From positions 352,001-416,000 of the forward strand of contig CAVSHB010000002.1 in the NCBI GenBank assembly GCA_963727775.1: 64,000 nt of DNA. The letters are read 5' to 3'. Every line of letters starts with the position of its first letter. Within the stretch, counting starts at the first letter, position 1. The translations under genes were made by a program, and so were the position numbers. Below, piece by piece: positions 1-9,988 of the stretch. This DNA is from an uncultured Nitrospiraceae bacterium (GTDB lineage: Bacteria > Nitrospirota > Thermodesulfovibrionia > Thermodesulfovibrionales > SM23-35). The notes under the pieces were generated by a model. It saw only the letters and a list, made by a program, of their open reading frames with translations. It made no database searches and was not told the DNA's origin.

Positions 1-1035
1 ATGTCAAATTTGCCGGAGGAGATAAAAAAAGCCGGTGAAATAATAATAGGCAATATAGATGAAAACGGATATCTGATCTCTTCTGTTGAGGAGATGGTTG
101 AGATGGAAAAAATCCCGCCGGAGACAGTCGAAAAAGCACTCTATTTGGTCCAGAGTTTTGACCCTTCAGGGGTCGGAGCAAGAAATATCAAGGAATGTTT
201 ACTGCTGCAGTTATGGGTGTTGAACCTGCAAGGCACGATCATAGAGAAGATAATTGCGAACAATATGGATGATCTCGAAAAAAAGAAATATACATCTATT
301 GCTCAACAGTACAATCTGCCCCTAAAGGATATCATGACGGCAGTGAATGTTATCGAGGGGCTTGAACCGAAGCCGGGCAGAAATTACTCCAGCACAAGTA
401 CTAATTATATCATCCCTGATGTCTACCTGATCAAGACAGCGGAAGGGTATCAGATTATTTTGAATGACGAAGGATTGCCGAGACTGAGGGTGAGCAGTTT
501 TTATAGAAAACTTATTCAGCAGAACAACGCCTACCCAAAAGAAGATAAACAGTTTCTTATGGAGAAATTGCGTTCCGCCGTCGGCCTGCTGAAAAGTCTG
601 GACCAGAGAAACAGAACTATATATCGGGTAACAGAGACATTGCTCCATCTGCAAAGGGACTTCTTTGAGAGGGGGGTGGAACATCTCAAACCTTTGACCC
701 TTAAAGATGTTGCGTCAACTCTTGACTTACACGAAAGTACGGTCAGCAGAGTTACTTCGAACAAGTTCCTGTCCTGTGAACATGGGGTGTTCTGCTTCAG
801 GTATCTCTTCAGCAGCGCATTGCACAGCGGCTTGGGGAGTATCTCGTCAACATCTGTAAAAAGTACCATAAAAAAGATTGTAACAGAAGAGGATTCCCTG
901 AAACCCCTGAGTGATCAGCAAGTAGCCGAGATATTAAGGAAAACCGGCATCGTAATTGCCAGAAGGACCGTTGCAAAATACAGAGAGGAAATGGGAATCC
1001 CGTCACAAGCGCAGAGGAAAAAATCGATAAGCTAA
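1..1035 (+). CDS. rpoN: RNA polymerase sigma-54 factor, 5'-truncated by window edge
   Basis: GNIDENGYL, FDPSGVGAR, LHESTVSR helix-turn-helix and RpoN box ARRTVAKYREE. Confidence 0.97.
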   Translation: MSNLPEEIKKAGEIIIGNIDENGYLISSVEEMVEMEKIPPETVEKALYLVQSFDPSGVGARNIKECLLLQLWVLNLQGTIIEKIIANNMDDLEKKKYTSIAQQYNLPLKDIMTAVNVIEGLEPKPGRNYSSTSTNYIIPDVYLIKTAEGYQIILNDEGLPRLRVSSFYRKLIQQNNAYPKEDKQFLMEKLRSAVGLLKSLDQRNRTIYRVTETLLHLQRDFFERGVEHLKPLTLKDVASTLDLHESTVSRVTSNKFLSCEHGVFCFRYLFSSALHSGLGSISSTSVKSTIKKIVTEEDSLKPLSDQQVAEILRKTGIVIARRTVAKYREEMGIPSQAQRKKSIS

Positions 1036-1046
1036 AAGGAGAACTT

Positions 1047-1571
1047 ATGAACATTATTGTAACAGGAAGACATCTTGAAGTTACGCCTGCTCTGAAAGAC
1101 TACGCAGAAAAAAAGATTAAGAGATTTGACCGCTATCTCTCCAACATATCTGAGGCTGTTGTGACCCTCAGCGTGGAAAAGTACAGACAGAAAGCGGAAG
1201 TCCTGCTCAAGGTCAACGGAGTCCTGATACAGGCAGAAGGGATTACCGGTGATGTCTATTCTTCGATTGATGAAGTTGCGGAAAAACTCGAAAGGCAGAT
1301 AAAAAAGTATAAAGAGAAACTCGTTTCGCATAGAAAGTCCGAAGGAAAAGCCGGCGCGGTTGAAGAAGAGGTTGCGGTCCCGGTTGAGGCCGGCAGGATC
1401 ATAAAAAATAAACGCTTTGAACTGAAGCCGATGAACCCTGATGAGGCGGTTATGCAGATGGAACTTCTCGACAAGGATTTCTTCGTCTTTACGAATGATA
1501 ACAGCGGGGATATAAATGTTCTCTATCGCAGGAGAGACGGGAATTTCGGTCTCATAGAACCTGTGAAATAA
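1047..1571 (+). CDS. hpf: Ribosome hibernation promoting factor (long HPF)
   Basis: IIVTGRHLEVTPAL...YSSID N-domain; C-terminal KPMNPDEAVMQMELL...VLYRRRDGNFGLIEP; follows rpoN. Confidence 0.95.
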   Translation: MNIIVTGRHLEVTPALKDYAEKKIKRFDRYLSNISEAVVTLSVEKYRQKAEVLLKVNGVLIQAEGITGDVYSSIDEVAEKLERQIKKYKEKLVSHRKSEGKAGAVEEEVAVPVEAGRIIKNKRFELKPMNPDEAVMQMELLDKDFFVFTNDNSGDINVLYRRRDGNFGLIEPVK

Positions 1572-1604
1572 AGCGGTCAGACGCAAAGGATAACCGGCTT
1601 AAGG

Positions 1605-2450
1605 ATGAAACCGATGATTGTCATAATTACGGGACTTTCAGGTTCCGGCAAAACCGTTGCGCTACGGTCCATTGAGGACGCCGGTTTTTTTTGCGTAGAT
1701 AACCTTCCTATAGCGCTGATAGATTCATTTGTCTCAATTATATCGGAAAATATTCATATAAAAAAAATTGGGATAGGTATTGATATCAGGGAAAAAGGGC
1801 CGTTTTCCAGTATCAGCGATGTTCTGAGCATCCTAAGAGATAAATATCGTACCGAGATCCTTTTTCTTGAAGCGGAAAAAGACATACTTGTGAGGCGTTT
1901 TAAAGAGACGCGCAGGCCTCATCCACTGGGGGGCAGTATTGAAGAAGCGATACGAAAAGAAAAGGAAAGGCTTTTCCCTCTGCGAGAGTATGCAGATAGG
2001 ATTGTCGATACATCTTCTTTTACACCGCATCAATTGAGACAGATCGTTACGTCTCTTTACAAGTTCCGCATAGGCAAAAAAGCAATGACGGTTGTCCTCA
2101 TTTCGTTCGGTTTTAAGCTCGGTACGCCTCAGAACATCGACCTGCTATTTGATGCGAGGTTTCTTCCCAATCCGAACTTTGTGCCTGAATTAAAGGCTTT
2201 GAAGGGGACCGATAAAAGGGTCTCCGAATATGTGTTCAAGAATAAAACAACAAGACAATATGTGGACAAGATAGAGGAACTATTGGACTTCCTTGTCCCT
2301 TTGTATATTAAGGAAGGCAGGTCTTACCTGACAATCGGCATCGGGTGTACGGGTGGAAATCATCGCTCTCCGGCAATTGTTGAAAAACTGCGTGGTTATC
2401 TTAAGAAACATCCAATTGATATTAATATCGTTCACAGGGATATAAGTTAA
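1605..2450 (+). CDS. rapZ: RNase adapter RapZ (P-loop protein)
   Basis: ITGLSGSGKT, CVDNLP, RRFKETRRPHPL, IGCTGGNHRS motifs; rpoN operon context. Confidence 0.95.
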   Translation: MKPMIVIITGLSGSGKTVALRSIEDAGFFCVDNLPIALIDSFVSIISENIHIKKIGIGIDIREKGPFSSISDVLSILRDKYRTEILFLEAEKDILVRRFKETRRPHPLGGSIEEAIRKEKERLFPLREYADRIVDTSSFTPHQLRQIVTSLYKFRIGKKAMTVVLISFGFKLGTPQNIDLLFDARFLPNPNFVPELKALKGTDKRVSEYVFKNKTTRQYVDKIEELLDFLVPLYIKEGRSYLTIGIGCTGGNHRSPAIVEKLRGYLKKHPIDINIVHRDIS

Positions 2451-2509
2451 CGTACCCCGGTGTATTTCTTTACAAAGTTTAATTTAAGTTGTTAGTATAT
2501 AAACCTTGA

Positions 2510-2602
2510 GGAGAGGTGGCCGAGCCGGTCGAAGGCAGCCGCCTGCTAAGCGGTTGTGGGGATAAAACCTCACCCAGGGTTCGAATCCCTGCCTCTCCGC
2601 CA
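2510..2602 (+). tRNA. tRNA-Ser(GCT)
   Basis: GGAGAGG/CCTCTCC acceptor stem, loop CT-GCT-AA, long variable arm, GGTTCGAATCC, encoded CCA. Confidence 0.97.
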
Positions 2603-2653
2603 TAAAAAGTTAAAAACTAAAATGTTAAATCCGCAGGCTACAAGGAGGCAAAG

Positions 2654-3268
2654 ATGAAAAAGAAAGTATTAGTAATTGCATTATCTCTCGCATTGACTTT
2701 TGCTATAGGTGCATGCAAGAAAAAAGAAGAGCAGCCTGTCCCGAAGACTCAGGGACCGATGGCAACGGGTCCCGTGATGCCGCCAGGACAAATGCCGCCA
2801 GGACAAATGCCGCCAGGACAAATGCCGCCAGGACAAATGCCGCCAGGGGGGCAGCAATTTGCGAAGCCCGGTATGATGATGCAAAAAGGTCAAACAAAGA
2901 TAGTGGTGCCTGAATCGGTTAGGGGGCAATGGACTTCCGCAAAGCTGATTGTTGAAGATAAGGGCACAAAGGCAAAGCAGGAATATACAGTCAAGCTGAA
3001 CAGTGACTTTAAAGTCCCGAACTCCAATCTAAAGCTTCATGTGGGTGAGTTTCTGCCTGACTTCAAAATGGACGGTCTCAATCTTACTTCCGGATCAAAT
3101 GATCCGAGAAATCCGGCTTTGGGTATCCGGGTTTTTGAAAATAATAAGCAAATATTCCCTGCGCCTGGGAAACAATGGGGGTGGCTGTTTTCAAGAGTGC
3201 CTACAATACACCCATTTGAGCATCCGAAGTACAGCATTATCCTTAAAGAAGGACTGAAAAAAGGGTAA
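2654..3268 (+). CDS. Lipoprotein, DUF2155-like, with (MPPGQ)n linker
   Basis: Lipobox AIGAC after hydrophobic signal; C-terminal EFLPDF...SNDPRNPA...GWLF...HPFEHPKY resembles DUF2155; AAGGAGG RBS. Confidence 0.7.
   Translation: MKKKVLVIALSLALTFAIGACKKKEEQPVPKTQGPMATGPVMPPGQMPPGQMPPGQMPPGQMPPGGQQFAKPGMMMQKGQTKIVVPESVRGQWTSAKLIVEDKGTKAKQEYTVKLNSDFKVPNSNLKLHVGEFLPDFKMDGLNLTSGSNDPRNPALGIRVFENNKQIFPAPGKQWGWLFSRVPTIHPFEHPKYSIILKEGLKKG
2777..2847 (+). repeat. 15-bp coding tandem repeat ATGCCGCCAGGACAA, 4 perfect copies plus a partial fifth
   Basis: Read directly; encodes MPPGQ repeats. Confidence 0.97.
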
Positions 3269-3300
3269 GGTATTATATTTTATTATGCCGCCAACTGAAA

Positions 3301-3377
3301 GCGCCCATAGCTCAGCTGGATAGAGCGTCGGACTACGAATCCGCAGGCCGGGGGTTCGAATCCCTCTGGGCGCGCCA
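3301..3377 (+). tRNA. tRNA-Arg(ACG)
   Basis: GCGCCCA/TGGGCGC acceptor stem, loop CT-ACG-AA, GGTTCGAATCC, encoded CCA. Confidence 0.97.
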
Positions 3378-3380
3378 CCC

Positions 3381-4274
3381 ATGAACGTTGTCATAAATCT
3401 TAATAAACCTGAAAATATATCTTCACAGCAAGCAGTAACGAGGGTCAAACATCTTTTGGCTGCCAAAAAGGCAGGGCATGCCGGAACGCTTGACCCGATA
3501 GCGACAGGTATATTAATTGTTTGCCTGAATGAGGCAACCAAGATAACCGGATTTCTATCAGACCTTGATAAGGAATATGAGGTCCGCTTAAAACTCGGGG
3601 AAAGGACCGATACCTACGATTCGACCGGTACGATTATCAGTAAGACGGAGTTGGCTGTTATTAGTGAGGAAAAAATATTTAGTGTCCTGAATAATTTTAC
3701 CGGCCGGATAAAACAAACGCCTCCTATGTACTCTGCAATTAAAATAGGCGGACAAACCCTGTACAAACTTGCACGTAGAGGTATAACTATAGAACGTCCG
3801 GAAAGAACGATTATTATTTCTGCAATAGATATCTTAAGTTTTGACGAGCCCTATCTTGATCTGAGGGTATCATGCTCAAAGGGGACTTATATACGGACCC
3901 TCTGCGATGATGTCGGCAACGCTCTCGGCGTAGGCGCTCATATGGTTTCGCTAAAACGAATAAGGATCGGGCCATTCAGGATTGAAGATTCGGTAACAAT
4001 GGCAAATCTTCAGCGAAAAGATGCATTCCATTCTATGGATGCTGCGATTTCACATCTCGGTGAAATAATTTTTAATGAGAATTCCTATAGAAAAGCCAGA
4101 AACGGCATGTCTATCAATTTTGATGAAATTCCTTTGCTCGCCCCAACACTAAAGGATGGGTTAGAAAAATTAATTGTAAATCAATATGTTAGACTCAAGA
4201 ACCACGAAAATCTGCTCTTCGGGATAGGAAAAATAGAAAATAATAGAATAAAAATCGAAAGATTGTTAAACTAA
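3381..4274 (+). CDS. truB: tRNA pseudouridine(55) synthase
   Basis: KAGHAGTLDPIATG, QTPPMYSAIK, CSKGTYIRTL motifs. Confidence 0.97.
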   Translation: MNVVINLNKPENISSQQAVTRVKHLLAAKKAGHAGTLDPIATGILIVCLNEATKITGFLSDLDKEYEVRLKLGERTDTYDSTGTIISKTELAVISEEKIFSVLNNFTGRIKQTPPMYSAIKIGGQTLYKLARRGITIERPERTIIISAIDILSFDEPYLDLRVSCSKGTYIRTLCDDVGNALGVGAHMVSLKRIRIGPFRIEDSVTMANLQRKDAFHSMDAAISHLGEIIFNENSYRKARNGMSINFDEIPLLAPTLKDGLEKLIVNQYVRLKNHENLLFGIGKIENNRIKIERLLN

Positions 4275-4330
4275 TTTCTTGAAGTTTTAGAATAACTCCT
4301 CTTATATTAAAGAAAAAATAGAAAAAATAC

Positions 4331-4359
4331 TTGACAATATCTTTTTTTTCTGGTATTCA
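4331..4359 (+). promoter_or_regulatory. Putative sigma-70 promoter of pilM (probably leaderless)
   Basis: TTGACA, 17 nt, TATTCA preceded by TGG; ATG 6 nt downstream and no Shine-Dalgarno. Confidence 0.55.
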
Positions 4360-4365
4360 TAATCT

Positions 4366-5403
4366 ATGTTCTTTGGCGGAAGGAGTTCCATTGGTTTAGA
4401 CATAGGCTCAGGTTATCTTAAGGTTGTTCAACTGAAAGATACAAAAAGCGGGTATGAACTTGAGCTTTTTGATACGCTTCCTTTACCTCCGGAACTTATC
4501 GTCGATGGCTCAATAATAGATTCTCTTCGCCTCGAAGATTCCCTCAAAGAGCTTTCAAGGAAGGCAAAGATAAAGACAAAGGATGTTGCTATTAGTATAG
4601 CGGGTCATTCGTCTGTAATCATTAAACGGGTCTCCTTGCCTGATATGTCTGAAGAAGAGCTATCCGAATCCATAAAATTTGAGGCGGAGCAATATATACC
4701 ATTTGATATAGAAGACGTAGCCCTCGACTTTCAGATCCTTGGACCAAAAGAAGAGCCTGGACAGATGGATGTTATCATCGTTGCGGTAAAAAAAGATATC
4801 ATAAATGAATATATTTCTGTTGTAAAAGGAGCAGGATTTAATTGTCAGATTGTTGATGTTAATTCGTTTGCCCTTGAGAATATTTATGAGATCAATTATG
4901 AGATCGAACCTGGGAAAAATGTCGCTTTGGTGAATATCGGCACAAGTACGATCAATATGAATATTCTTAAAGGCGGCATTTCCGTTTTTACAAGGGATAG
5001 CGCAGTGGGAAGTAATCTCCACACTGAAGTCCTTCAGAGGGAATTCAATCTGACTTATGATGTAGCTGAAAGACTTAAGAGGGGTGACGCCGTTGAAAAT
5101 GTATCCCCGCAGGACGCCTTTTCAGTAATGGAATTGGCTTCAGAGGAGATAATAGGAGAAGTAAACCGTTCGCTGGAGTATTTCCATGAGGAGATCAACG
5201 AAGTAATATTAAGCGGCGGCTGTGCGCTTGTAAAAGACTTTTCTAACCTTGTCGCAGAAAAAATAGGGGTTGAGACAAAAATTATGCAACCCTTTAAGAA
5301 TATTCGAATTCCGAAAAAATTTGATGTGACGTACATAGAAGAAATGGCGCCTATGGCTGCTGTAGCAGCAGGATTGGCACTGAGAAGACCGGGCGACAGA
5401 TGA
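4366..5403 (+). CDS. pilM: Type IV pilus assembly protein PilM
   Basis: IGLDIGSG actin-like motif, EAEQYIPF, ILSGG, AVAAGLALR. Confidence 0.96.
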   Translation: MFFGGRSSIGLDIGSGYLKVVQLKDTKSGYELELFDTLPLPPELIVDGSIIDSLRLEDSLKELSRKAKIKTKDVAISIAGHSSVIIKRVSLPDMSEEELSESIKFEAEQYIPFDIEDVALDFQILGPKEEPGQMDVIIVAVKKDIINEYISVVKGAGFNCQIVDVNSFALENIYEINYEIEPGKNVALVNIGTSTINMNILKGGISVFTRDSAVGSNLHTEVLQREFNLTYDVAERLKRGDAVENVSPQDAFSVMELASEEIIGEVNRSLEYFHEEINEVILSGGCALVKDFSNLVAEKIGVETKIMQPFKNIRIPKKFDVTYIEEMAPMAAVAAGLALRRPGDR

Positions 5404-5939
5404 TAAAAATCAATCTCTTACCCGTCAAACGGAAAAAGAAAGCCAAGCCCATCCCGGCTTTTTTACTTGTTACAATTATCGTAACTCTGGTTTCAGGTAT
5501 TGTAATGGCCTATCTCGTCTTCTTTTTTAACTCCCGGCTGGCTGCAAAAAAAGCGCAGGTTGCCGCTAATGAAAAGACAATTGCAGAGCTCAAGGCAAAG
5601 ATAAAGGCAGTCGAAGATTTTGAGCAGCGTAACAAAACCTTTAAGGAACGAAGTGATATAATAGAGCAACTCAGTAAAAACAAGAGCATGCCGGTGAAGA
5701 TTCTGGATGAAATAAGCGCCCTCCTTCCCACCGGTGTCTGGTTCAGTTCATTGTCGGTTTCAGAAAGCGGCATAAGTATAGACGGCACCGGCTTTACAAA
5801 CCCTGATATCGTTTCGTATGTAGATAATCTTAAGAATTCAAAATTGTTTACTGAAGTTTATTTGCAGGAGACCCGGAGTCTCGAAATAGAAAAGATACCG
5901 GCGTATGTGTTCAAGTTAACATTCAAGGTAAAGGGGTGA
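5400..5939 (+). CDS. pilN: Type IV pilus assembly protein PilN
   Basis: MIKINLLP motif, one TM, coiled coil; position after pilM. Confidence 0.95.
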   Translation: MIKINLLPVKRKKKAKPIPAFLLVTIIVTLVSGIVMAYLVFFFNSRLAAKKAQVAANEKTIAELKAKIKAVEDFEQRNKTFKERSDIIEQLSKNKSMPVKILDEISALLPTGVWFSSLSVSESGISIDGTGFTNPDIVSYVDNLKNSKLFTEVYLQETRSLEIEKIPAYVFKLTFKVKG

Positions 5940-5940
5940 A

Positions 5941-6552
5941 GTGGCCTTAAAAATTAATATCAACGTTAAGAAGTTACCTTTATACGCAAAAGTATTATTA
6001 GCCGTAGCGCCGGCGGTTATTATCATTGCGGTTGTTGTTTTTCTTTTGATTCTGCCGAAGAACAAGGAAATTAAGAACTTTGAAATAAAAATATCGGCGC
6101 AGGAAAATGAAATAGCAAAAAACCAGGCAAAGGCTGCAAAACTTCAGGAATTGACCCTGGAGAACGAGAGACTCAGAAAAAGGCTTGATGAGTTAAAATT
6201 GCAATTGCCGGAAGAAAAAGAGGTTTCTACCTTACTTAAACAGGTATCTGACCTATGTATCAGGTCCGGTCTTAAAATAGCGCTATGGAAGCCGGAACAG
6301 AAGAAGACCCATCCAAGCGGTATAGTTTATGAAATTCCGGTGAGGGTCGAGCTTTCGGGCAGTTACCATAACCTCGGTCATTTTTTCAGCAGCCTGACAA
6401 AGTTCAACAGGATAGTAAATATTTCTGACATAAAACTCTCTGATCCCAAGCCGGAAAAAGGGAGCGCCGTACTGAAGGTATCATTTATTGCTACGACATT
6501 TTCAGCGGTACCCGATGGAGAGATAGGAAAAGAAAAAGGGAAAGGCAAGTGA
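5941..6552 (+). CDS. pilO: Type IV pilus assembly protein PilO
   Basis: TM plus coiled coil, QLPEEKEV, YEIPV..ELSGSYH..FF...RIVNI. Confidence 0.95.
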   Translation: MALKININVKKLPLYAKVLLAVAPAVIIIAVVVFLLILPKNKEIKNFEIKISAQENEIAKNQAKAAKLQELTLENERLRKRLDELKLQLPEEKEVSTLLKQVSDLCIRSGLKIALWKPEQKKTHPSGIVYEIPVRVELSGSYHNLGHFFSSLTKFNRIVNISDIKLSDPKPEKGSAVLKVSFIATTFSAVPDGEIGKEKGKGK

Positions 6553-7064
6553 TAAGAAATACGGTATACCTTCTCTTGGTTATTTTTTTCTTTATCCCCT
6601 TTATCGGGTGTCAGAAAGAGACTGCTACAGGCAAAAAGCCGATGGCTGAAAAAGTTAAATCATTAGAAGCTAAGCCGGCTGCAACAAAGGCCGACGAGAC
6701 AAAGAAGGTTGAACAAGAAGAATACAAATATGATTCAAAAGGAAGAAGAGACCCTTTCCTTTCCCTTGTAGTTACAACAAAAGAAAAACCTACAAAGAAA
6801 AGAGGGGCGAGCCCTATCGAAAGTTTTGATATCGACGAAATACAGTTGTTGGCGATTGCATGGGACCATAATAAATATTATGCATTAATAATGCTTCCCG
6901 ACAAAAAAAATTATACTATTTCAGAAGGGATGACGCTCGGACTGCAGGGCGGAAAAGTATACAAGATAAACAACGATACCGTAGTAATCAGAGAATATGT
7001 GAAGGATTATAAGGGAGAAATGAAGCCAAGAGATTCAATATTGAAACTCCATAAGGGGGAATGA
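6549..7064 (+). CDS. pilP: Type IV pilus assembly lipoprotein PilP
   Basis: Lipobox FIGC, YDSKGRRDPF, SPIESFDIDE. Confidence 0.93.
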   Translation: MIRNTVYLLLVIFFFIPFIGCQKETATGKKPMAEKVKSLEAKPAATKADETKKVEQEEYKYDSKGRRDPFLSLVVTTKEKPTKKRGASPIESFDIDEIQLLAIAWDHNKYYALIMLPDKKNYTISEGMTLGLQGGKVYKINNDTVVIREYVKDYKGEMKPRDSILKLHKGE

Positions 7065-9457
7065 TAATGAGCCAGAAGTTAAAAATAAAAAATCAGAGAT
7101 TGAATCGCATAATACTGTACATAGTGCGATGCCTTAAACTAATGAGCTTATATACTGCACTCCTGTGTTTTTCCCTGTTATCCTTTGCAGTGTGTGCTTC
7201 TGCAAAGAGCGGCAGCGAGACGCAAAAGCCCCAGGAAGCCGCTGTGATAACCGGCATAAACATCCAGGAGAATGCCGTCTCAATAACGGCTGACAAGCCT
7301 TTCATCTACACAATATACAAGCCGGGCGATCCGTATAAAATGGTCGTCGACCTCCCTGAGGTGTCAATCGGTCCGTTCAATCAAAAGATAGTCTCCAATA
7401 AGGCCGGCATAACAGAGGTAGTGCCTTCACAGATTGAAGCCCCGACTCTGATGGCAAGGCTTGAAATATTGCTCCAAACACCGGCGTCCGTTGACCGGGA
7501 CTATAAGAACAACATGCTGACTATTAAAATAAAAGATGATCTGCCTAAAGCTGAAGAGCCCTCCGGAAGAACGAGGCCGGTCCTTTTAGCCAAAGAAGAG
7601 AAAGAATTATATGCAAAGAAAGACAGACCTAATGCCGACGCGCCGAAACAGACGCCGCAGTCGAAGGCAACAGAGATATCCGGCATATCATTTGAGACTT
7701 ACGGAAACGCTGTTAAGGTCGTGATTAAGGGAAACGGTCCGATGATACCAAATGTCTTCCCCCTGGACGACCGGATCGTAATAGACATCCCCGGCGTTGT
7801 AATGAATGCGACTGTTCCTTCCGACGTTATTTCTCCTGTGAGGGGAATACGTTCCGGTATGCATGATGACAAGATAAGACTTGTCCTTGATATTAAGGAA
7901 AAGACAACCTTTGATGTGGCTGCAATCGGCGATTCCATAATTGTGACCCTCAAGAATCCGGAAATGGGAACTTCGGCATCCTCTGTATCCAGAAACCCTG
8001 TTCGCAAGATAGAAGAAGGGATCGAACCTTCTGAGAAAAAAGAGAACGGAAGGTCTGTCCAGGCAAGATGTGAAACATATGTTGCGGGCAGAGAGAATGT
8101 AAACCTCGATTTCCAGGACCAGGATATCGTTCCGATACTCAGGCTGTTTGCGGACATAAGCGGTTGCAATCTCTTCATCCACCCTGATGTAAAAGGCAAG
8201 GCTACGATGAAGTTCAGGGATGTCCCCTGGAACCAGGCGCTGGATACATTACTCAAAACCTTTGGTCTCGGCAAAATTATTGAAGGGAATATCATACGGG
8301 TTGCCCCGAATTCTGTTTTAGCCCAGGAAAGCGATGAATCGAAAAAGGTGGAAATAGCAAAAAAGGCGGCGGAATTGGAATTGGCGCCGCTTGAAAGAAA
8401 AACATACCGTTTAGTCTATGCTAATGCGGAAGACGTAAAAGCAAAGTTATTGGGCCAGGTAAGGGCGGTAAGTTCCGAAGTTGAAGGGGGAACAAGCACA
8501 TCCACTACCGGACGCACAGGGGGGGCTTCTTCCTCTTTTGGCGCCGCATATGCCCGTACAGAATACGATGAAAAATTAAGGGTCCTCTCGCGCAGGGGCA
8601 ATGTAATGGCGGACAAGATATCAAATACGCTGACTGTTGAAGACGTGTCGATCAAGATAAAACTTATTGATGATTTTATCGCGGAAATCGACCAGCCCAT
8701 AAGGCAGGTATTAATAGAGGCAAGGATTGTTGAGGTCAACACAAACGTGCAACAGGATTTTGGAGTACAATGGGGGACGTTCTTTAACGGCGCTAATACT
8801 TTAACCTCTGTCGGCGGATTGTCAGTGCTGAATAAAGGCACATTTACCGGGAACAATTATCTTGTAGATTTTGCCGGAGGCTCATCAGCGAGCTCGGGCT
8901 CGGGTATTTCCTTTGGGGTCATGAATGCTGCAAAGACTATGGGTCTCGACCTTCAGCTTTCCGCTTTTCAATCACTCGGCACTGCCAAGGTCGTTACAAA
9001 CCCCAAGGTGATGACTATGGACAGGCAGGAGGCAAGAATTCTGCAGGGCAAGAGCATACCGGTCCGCCAGCTTACGCCGGAGGGAACTGTCTCAACACAA
9101 TTTAAGGATATAACCATGGAACTGGTCGTAACTCCATCCATAACCCGCGAGAAGACTCTGGACTTGGCCCTCAGTATTAAAAAGGAAGAGCTTGACCCTA
9201 CTGTCCCATCAATAGATGGAGTGCCCGGGACCGATAAAAAAGAGGCGAGAACCAAGGTCATGATGCAGGACGGAGAAACGGTTGTTATCGGGGGCCTTTA
9301 TAAAATAAATACATCTGATACGTCTACAGGGGTCCCGGGGTTAATGAATATCCCGGTCCTGAAATGGCTTTTCAGCAAGAAAAATACACAATCTACTACC
9401 AGCGAGCTTATGATCTTTATTACGCCGCGTATCGTGGTTTTGGAGAGAAAAGAATAA
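7061..9457 (+). CDS. pilQ: Type IV pilus secretin PilQ (two AMIN-like domains, N0, N1, secretin)
   Basis: LDFQDQDI, VPWNQALD, QVLIEARIVEV, GVPGLMNIPVLKWLF, ELMIFITPRIV; start may be ATG 7067. Confidence 0.96.
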   Translation: MIMSQKLKIKNQRLNRIILYIVRCLKLMSLYTALLCFSLLSFAVCASAKSGSETQKPQEAAVITGINIQENAVSITADKPFIYTIYKPGDPYKMVVDLPEVSIGPFNQKIVSNKAGITEVVPSQIEAPTLMARLEILLQTPASVDRDYKNNMLTIKIKDDLPKAEEPSGRTRPVLLAKEEKELYAKKDRPNADAPKQTPQSKATEISGISFETYGNAVKVVIKGNGPMIPNVFPLDDRIVIDIPGVVMNATVPSDVISPVRGIRSGMHDDKIRLVLDIKEKTTFDVAAIGDSIIVTLKNPEMGTSASSVSRNPVRKIEEGIEPSEKKENGRSVQARCETYVAGRENVNLDFQDQDIVPILRLFADISGCNLFIHPDVKGKATMKFRDVPWNQALDTLLKTFGLGKIIEGNIIRVAPNSVLAQESDESKKVEIAKKAAELELAPLERKTYRLVYANAEDVKAKLLGQVRAVSSEVEGGTSTSTTGRTGGASSSFGAAYARTEYDEKLRVLSRRGNVMADKISNTLTVEDVSIKIKLIDDFIAEIDQPIRQVLIEARIVEVNTNVQQDFGVQWGTFFNGANTLTSVGGLSVLNKGTFTGNNYLVDFAGGSSASSGSGISFGVMNAAKTMGLDLQLSAFQSLGTAKVVTNPKVMTMDRQEARILQGKSIPVRQLTPEGTVSTQFKDITMELVVTPSITREKTLDLALSIKKEELDPTVPSIDGVPGTDKKEARTKVMMQDGETVVIGGLYKINTSDTSTGVPGLMNIPVLKWLFSKKNTQSTTSELMIFITPRIVVLERKE

Positions 9458-9504
9458 CGGAAATATAAAATAGGAATATTGAAAAACTAAAAATAGGGGG
9501 CAAG

Positions 9505-9942
9505 ATGAGAGGCAAGATTTTAATATTAACTGTCTGCTGTTTGGCGCTCAGTTTGATCTTATGTGGCTGCGGAGGAGGGAGTGCACCGCCTGGTTCGGTG
9601 ATCACGATAAACCCTACTACTAATACAGTCACTGATGGAAGCACTGAACCATCATCTCATACCCTTTTTTATACTATCTCACTTGTGGATTCTACCGGCA
9701 GACCTTTGGGACATACCCGAATTTCGCTCTCGTTCATATGGGCAAATCCGGACGTATACAATGTAGTGCAGCTTTTTGACGGTACTACGCCGAAAAAATC
9801 TCCATTTGATGCGGAGACAGATGATTTTGGCGCATATATACTGCGTTTAGATTTTCAGTCCGGCGGTGGGCTAAGTTATACAGGCAATGTAGAAGCGCGT
9901 TCCGGCGCATCATTCGTAAGCTCGACGCTTACGGTACAATAA
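9505..9942 (+). CDS. Hypothetical lipoprotein, beta-rich/Ig-like
   Basis: Lipobox LCGC after hydrophobic signal; alternating beta-strand pattern. Confidence 0.7.
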   Translation: MRGKILILTVCCLALSLILCGCGGGSAPPGSVITINPTTNTVTDGSTEPSSHTLFYTISLVDSTGRPLGHTRISLSFIWANPDVYNVVQLFDGTTPKKSPFDAETDDFGAYILRLDFQSGGGLSYTGNVEARSGASFVSSTLTVQ

Positions 9943-9988
9943 CGATATTTACAGGTTAGAGATAGATATGGCAGATATATAGCATATT

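Noticed and set aside
2777..2847. Tandem repeat as a CRISPR array
   Set aside because: 15-bp units with no spacers, in frame within a CDS, no cas genes
2681..2929. Alternative-frame ORFs with WRHLS / AAFVL / NAART repeats
   Set aside because: Shadows of the same 15-bp repeat
3286..3293. CCGCCA as an att duplication of the tRNA-Ser 3' end
   Set aside because: Only 6 bp, no integrase; chance match is likely
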